Notes under the pieces: model-generated
The model's input: only the letters and a program-made list of their open reading frames with translations
Database searches by the model: none
What the model was told of the DNA's origin: nothing
Program-made: the position numbers and the translations under genes
Assembly (NCBI GenBank): GCA_039815375.1
Contig: JBCBZJ010000003.1
Span: forward strand, 192,001-256,000
Reading direction: 5' to 3'
From: Verrucomicrobiota bacterium
GTDB lineage: Bacteria; Verrucomicrobiota; Verrucomicrobiia; Opitutales; Coraliomargaritaceae
Length of the DNA: 64,000 nucleotides
Part shown: one piece after another, positions 59,977 through 64,000 of the stretch
Layout: every line of letters begins with the position of its first letter
How positions within the stretch are numbered: position 1 is the stretch's first letter

Positions 59977-61308
59977 ATGGCTACGCTGCCTCCATTTGAA
60001 TTTTCACCAAAGCCCTATTCGGGTCCCAGCTTCGATGAGGTCATGTGCTTGCGCAAAGCACACCTGACACCGGCTTTGGTCACCTACTACGAAAAGCCGG
60101 TGATGCTTGTGGAGGGTAAAATGCAGTATCTTTTCGATGAGACAGGCCGACGATACCTTGATGCCTTCGCCGGGATTGTGACGGTGAGCTGCGGGCATTC
60201 TCACCCTAAGATCAACGCGGCTGCGCACGATCAAATCGATACGCTAGTTCACAGCACGACCATCTATCCACATCCGGAAGTGGCGAAATATGGTGAGGCA
60301 TTGGCCGCAAAGATGCCGGGCGACCTATCTGTGTGTTACTTTGTCAATTCCGGTTCGGAAGCAAACGATTTGGCCCTTCTGATGGCTAGGCTCTATACCG
60401 GAAACTACGACCTGATCGCTTTGCGGAACTGTTACCACGGCGGCTCGCAGTCGACCATGGGACTCACTGCTCACGGGACGTGGAAATATAACACACCGCA
60501 GGGCTTTGGTATTCACCATGCGCTCAATCCGGATCCGTATCGAGGCCCCTTTGCGGACCACAAGGATCAGGCCACGGATTACGCAAACGATGTGAAGGAG
60601 TTGATCGAATTTGCGACACCGGGCCAGGTTGCCGGCTTCATTGCCGAGTCGATTCAGGGAGTTGGGGGTGCCGTTGTCTTCCCGGATGGATATCTGAAAC
60701 AGGCCTACGAAATCGTCCGATCTCATGGAGGCGTTTGCATCGCTGATGAGGTTCAGGCTGGATTTGGAAGAACCGGTAGCCATTACTGGGGTTTCGAGGA
60801 ACAAGGCGCTCAGCCGGATATTGTCGTGATGGCAAAGGGTATTGGAAATGGCTTTCCGCTCGCTGCGGTTGTGACGACACCGGAAATTGCGAATGCTCTG
60901 ACTTCCCACATTCACTTCAACACCTTTGGTGGTAACCCTTTTATCTCACGAGTGGGGCGTGCTGTGCTCGAGGCGATTGATGAAGACGAACTACAGAAGA
61001 ACAGTGCGGTCGTTGGGGGATATCTCATCGAGAAATTGAAACAGCTTGAGGCGAAATACGACCTCATCGGTGAAGTTCGTGGTCGTGGTCTGATGCTGGG
61101 AATCGAACTGGTCTCTGACCGGGCAAGCAAGACTCCCGCTGCCACGGAGTGCGCGGAGATCTGGAACCGGTGCAAGGACCTCGGGTTGCTGCTTGGAAAG
61201 GGTGGTCTCTTTGGCAACGTCCTCCGAATCAAACCGCCGATGTGTATCACCAAGGCGGATGCTGACTTCATGCACGACGTTTTGGATGAAGTGCTTCAAA
61301 CCATTTAA
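59977..61308 (+). CDS. Class III aminotransferase (AGXT2 / beta-alanine:pyruvate type)
   Basis: [37 protein letters not shown]. Confidence 0.88.
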   Translation: MATLPPFEFSPKPYSGPSFDEVMCLRKAHLTPALVTYYEKPVMLVEGKMQYLFDETGRRYLDAFAGIVTVSCGHSHPKINAAAHDQIDTLVHSTTIYPHPEVAKYGEALAAKMPGDLSVCYFVNSGSEANDLALLMARLYTGNYDLIALRNCYHGGSQSTMGLTAHGTWKYNTPQGFGIHHALNPDPYRGPFADHKDQATDYANDVKELIEFATPGQVAGFIAESIQGVGGAVVFPDGYLKQAYEIVRSHGGVCIADEVQAGFGRTGSHYWGFEEQGAQPDIVVMAKGIGNGFPLAAVVTTPEIANALTSHIHFNTFGGNPFISRVGRAVLEAIDEDELQKNSAVVGGYLIEKLKQLEAKYDLIGEVRGRGLMLGIELVSDRASKTPAATECAEIWNRCKDLGLLLGKGGLFGNVLRIKPPMCITKADADFMHDVLDEVLQTI

Positions 61309-61326
61309 ACAAAAGAAAGGAAAAAT

Positions 61327-62454
61327 ATGAGCACATTGGAAACAACAGTTGATGGACTTAAAATGAAGAACCCTTTTGTTATCGGATCGGGCCCTCCCGG
61401 GACGAACGTGCGGGTCATCAACCGCGCTTTCAAGGAGGGCTGGGGAGGTGTTATTGCAAAGACGATCAGTCTCGATTCCTCAAAGGTTGTGAATGTCGGT
61501 CCGCGCTATGCGAAGCTACATGCTAACGATGGCAAGGAAGTCATCGGTTGGGAGAACATCGAACTCATTAGTGACCGGCCTTTCGAAAAGTGGCTCGATG
61601 AATTCAAGGAAAGCAAGGACTTGTATCCGGACGGAGTCCTCATCGCGTCGATCATGGAGGAATACAACAAGGACGCCTGGTGCGAGATCGTTGAGAGATG
61701 CCAGGATGTCGGTGTTGATGCCTTCGAGCTTAACTTTTCCTGTCCGCACGGTCTGCCCGAACGGAAAATGGGCGCTGCGATGGGCCAGGACCCCGAGATC
61801 CTGGAGGAAGTTTGTTCCTGGGTTAACGAGGTGGCAACCATCCCTGTTTGGGCGAAGATGACTCCGAATGTCACCCACATTGAGGAGCCTACCCGTGCCG
61901 CGCTGGCCGCCGGGTGCGAGGGAATAAGTGCAATTAATACCATTCGGTCCGTGATGGGAATTGACCTCAAGACGCTCCGTCCGATGCCGACAGTCGAGGG
62001 CTATACCACTCCGGGTGGCTATTCATCGAAAGCGGTTAAGCCGATTGCGCTTCGTATGGTTATGGAAATCGCGCAACTCATCCGCTCGGAATTTTCAGGC
62101 AGAACGATTTCGGCCATTGGTGGCGTCGAGACTGGGTATGACGCGGCTGAGTTTATCCTGATGGGTGGTGACACGGTTCAGGTCTGCACTGGCGTGATGA
62201 AGTTTGGCTACAAGCATGTGCAAAAGATGTGTGACGAGCTCCTCGAATTCATGGAGGAGAAGGGTTTTGAAACAATTGATGAATTCAAAGGCCATGCCCT
62301 CGATTACTTCACGACGCATGCAGAGCTGGTTCGGATGCAGACCGAGCGAAAGGCTGCAGAGAAGGCGGCTAAGGAATCTGCGATGCTCACCAAGGATGGC
62401 GAGTGGGACGGCGATGACTTCGTGAAACAGTCCAACGAACTGGCGGGGAATTAG
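61327..62454 (+). CDS. preA: Dihydropyrimidine dehydrogenase FMN subunit, plant PYD1-like (no C-terminal ferredoxin domain)
   Basis: NPFVIGSGPPGTN, GWENIELISDR, NFSCPHG, WAKMTPN, VQVCTG. Confidence 0.88.
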   Translation: MSTLETTVDGLKMKNPFVIGSGPPGTNVRVINRAFKEGWGGVIAKTISLDSSKVVNVGPRYAKLHANDGKEVIGWENIELISDRPFEKWLDEFKESKDLYPDGVLIASIMEEYNKDAWCEIVERCQDVGVDAFELNFSCPHGLPERKMGAAMGQDPEILEEVCSWVNEVATIPVWAKMTPNVTHIEEPTRAALAAGCEGISAINTIRSVMGIDLKTLRPMPTVEGYTTPGGYSSKAVKPIALRMVMEIAQLIRSEFSGRTISAIGGVETGYDAAEFILMGGDTVQVCTGVMKFGYKHVQKMCDELLEFMEEKGFETIDEFKGHALDYFTTHAELVRMQTERKAAEKAAKESAMLTKDGEWDGDDFVKQSNELAGN

Positions 62455-62458
62455 AGGA

Positions 62459-63952
62459 ATGTCGCTTAAGCCATGCCCCATCCTGATTGATGGCCATTGG
62501 TCGGTTCCTGAAACGGAGAAGACCAGTCCTGTCCACAATCCTTCGACTGGCGAAATCATCGCGGAAGTCCCCCACTGCGGTGAGGATGTCGTCGCCTCTG
62601 CGGTGGATGCTGCGAAGCGGGCGTTTAACCATTGGTGGCAGACGCCTCCGATCAATCGCGTCCGCATTCTTATGCGTTACTGCGCGCTACTTGAGGAGAA
62701 CTTCGAGGAGCTCGTCGAAATGATCGTAATCGAGCATGGAAAGACGCGAACCGAGGCACGCGGGGATCTTCGGCGCGGAATTGAGGTGGCGGAGTATGCC
62801 TGTGGAATCACCGACATGCTCAAAGGCGAAGTGCTCGAGAATGTTGCGGCCGGGATTGACTGTTCAATGGTTCGTCAGCCAATTGGAGTCTGCGTTGGTA
62901 TCTGTCCATATAACTTTCCCGCGCTTGTCCCGATGTGGATGTATCCCATGGCACTTGCGTGTGGAAACTGTTTCATTCTCAAGCCGAGCGAAAAGGTCCC
63001 GCTTACGGGGATTCGATTAATCGAACTTCTCGAGGAAGCAGGCTTGCCTGCTGGTGTTTTCTCGGTCGTTCACGGAGGCAAAGAATGTGTCGACGCCTTA
63101 TTGACTCATCCGGATGTGGCGGCGATTTCATTTGTTGGAAGCTCGCCGGTGGCTGAGTACATCCACAGAACCGGAACTGCGAACGGAAAGCGGGTGCAGG
63201 CGGCAGGCGGCGCGAAGAACTTTGTCGTTGTGATGCCTGATGCAGAGTTTGGTAAAGCGGTCGAGGGCCTGACCGATGCTGCTTTCGGATGTTCTGGACA
63301 GCGTTGTATGGCAGGGTCGACAGCCGTTACAGTTGGCGATGCTTCCGAGCGATTCATTCCGGCGATTGCTGACTCTGCGGCATCTCTCGCGGTGGGGCCG
63401 ACACACCTTTCTCAAGCTGCAAAACTCGGTGGAGTGATTACACCACAGCACCGGGAACGAATCGTCTCGCTAATTGGATCTGCGGTCGAGGAGGGCGGTG
63501 AGCTAATTGTTGATGGACGTGCGGTTACGGTGGGCGACTATCCGGAAGGATTCTACCTTGGTGCCTCGGTCGTCGACCGCGTGACGACGGAAATGACGAT
63601 TTTCCGAGAAGAGGTGTTTGGACCTGTCTTGAACGTAATGAGAATGGATGGTCTCGACGAAGCTCTTGATCTGGCCTCGAGAGTCGCTTTCGGAAACGGT
63701 GCGTGCATCTACACTCAGAACGGTCGAATTGCCCGCGAGTTTCGTCACCGGGTCAAAGCCGGGATGGTTGGCGTCAACGTTGGCGTGCCGGCACCGCTCG
63801 CCTATTTCCCATTTTCAGGATGGGATTATTCCTTTTTTGGCGACTTGCATCTGCAGGGCCGTGAGTCCGTGCTTTTTTTCACGCGCGCCAAGGTCTACAC
63901 TGAAAGATGGTTCGCTTCTGGCGAAGGTGACATCTGGCATAAAGACGACTAA
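62459..63952 (+). CDS. mmsA: CoA-acylating (methyl)malonate-semialdehyde dehydrogenase
   Basis: PYNFP, LKPSEK, SFVGS, GGAKN, GQRCMA, EEVFGPVL. Confidence 0.9.
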   Translation: MSLKPCPILIDGHWSVPETEKTSPVHNPSTGEIIAEVPHCGEDVVASAVDAAKRAFNHWWQTPPINRVRILMRYCALLEENFEELVEMIVIEHGKTRTEARGDLRRGIEVAEYACGITDMLKGEVLENVAAGIDCSMVRQPIGVCVGICPYNFPALVPMWMYPMALACGNCFILKPSEKVPLTGIRLIELLEEAGLPAGVFSVVHGGKECVDALLTHPDVAAISFVGSSPVAEYIHRTGTANGKRVQAAGGAKNFVVVMPDAEFGKAVEGLTDAAFGCSGQRCMAGSTAVTVGDASERFIPAIADSAASLAVGPTHLSQAAKLGGVITPQHRERIVSLIGSAVEEGGELIVDGRAVTVGDYPEGFYLGASVVDRVTTEMTIFREEVFGPVLNVMRMDGLDEALDLASRVAFGNGACIYTQNGRIAREFRHRVKAGMVGVNVGVPAPLAYFPFSGWDYSFFGDLHLQGRESVLFFTRAKVYTERWFASGEGDIWHKDD

Positions 63953-63968
63953 CCCCAAGTTACATACC

Positions 63969-64000
63969 ATGTCTATTTTAATTAAGAACGGTGAAATCGT
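63969..64000 (+). CDS. Start of a probable dihydropyrimidinase (truncated by the window edge)
   Basis: MSILIKNGEI N-terminus typical of amidohydrolases; the missing step of this pathway. Confidence 0.55.
   Translation, partial: MSILIKNGEI

Noticed and set aside
1..64000. CRISPR array, rRNA or tRNA genes, intact transposase or integrase
   Set aside because: No regularly spaced repeat-spacer run and no recognisable structural RNA or recombinase motifs were seen by eye

Overview
This is a 64 kb bacterial chromosome segment, probably Verrucomicrobiota (Opitutia, Coraliomargarita/Puniceicoccaceae-like). That assignment is inferred from the PEP-CTERM proteins, the exosortase, the DPxAAxxW-repeat and GQLK-motif proteins, and the style of the TonB receptors. 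Layout: (1) 1-8260 is a heme/iron uptake locus: hmuU start, hmuT, two paralogous secreted proteins, a heme TonB receptor, an AraC regulator, Fur-like boxes and a candidate iron-repressed sRNA. It is interrupted by MITE-like repeats and an attC-like site. (2) 8405-18804 is a 10.3 kb island bounded by 81-bp direct repeats. It carries a Sec-signal SpvB/FG-GAP/RHS toxin, its immunity gene and two accessory genes, and sits next to a TonB siderophore receptor. (3) rsmD and an MFS gene follow. (4) 23.8-42.4 kb is a large purine/pterin-type nitrogen-scavenging cluster: a TonB receptor under an NMT1/xanthine riboswitch, three NMT1/THI5 binding proteins, an ABC transporter, an FAD oxidoreductase, two degenerate SUOX-cytochrome c fusions, two deaminases, creatininase, RidA, cupin and GATase. 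Most of its units have sigma54-type promoters with near-leaderless starts. (5) kdsA, tatD and an exosortase beside a VPEN-CTERM adhesin. (6) A cre-tag-controlled hypothetical-creD unit, creBC, a Tat-exported LysM amidase and a fungal-type cystathionine gamma-synthase. (7) A reductive pyrimidine degradation operon with a plant PYD1-type dehydrogenase, running off the right edge. No rRNA, tRNA or CRISPR array was seen. All family assignments come from motif recognition by eye, not from database searches.
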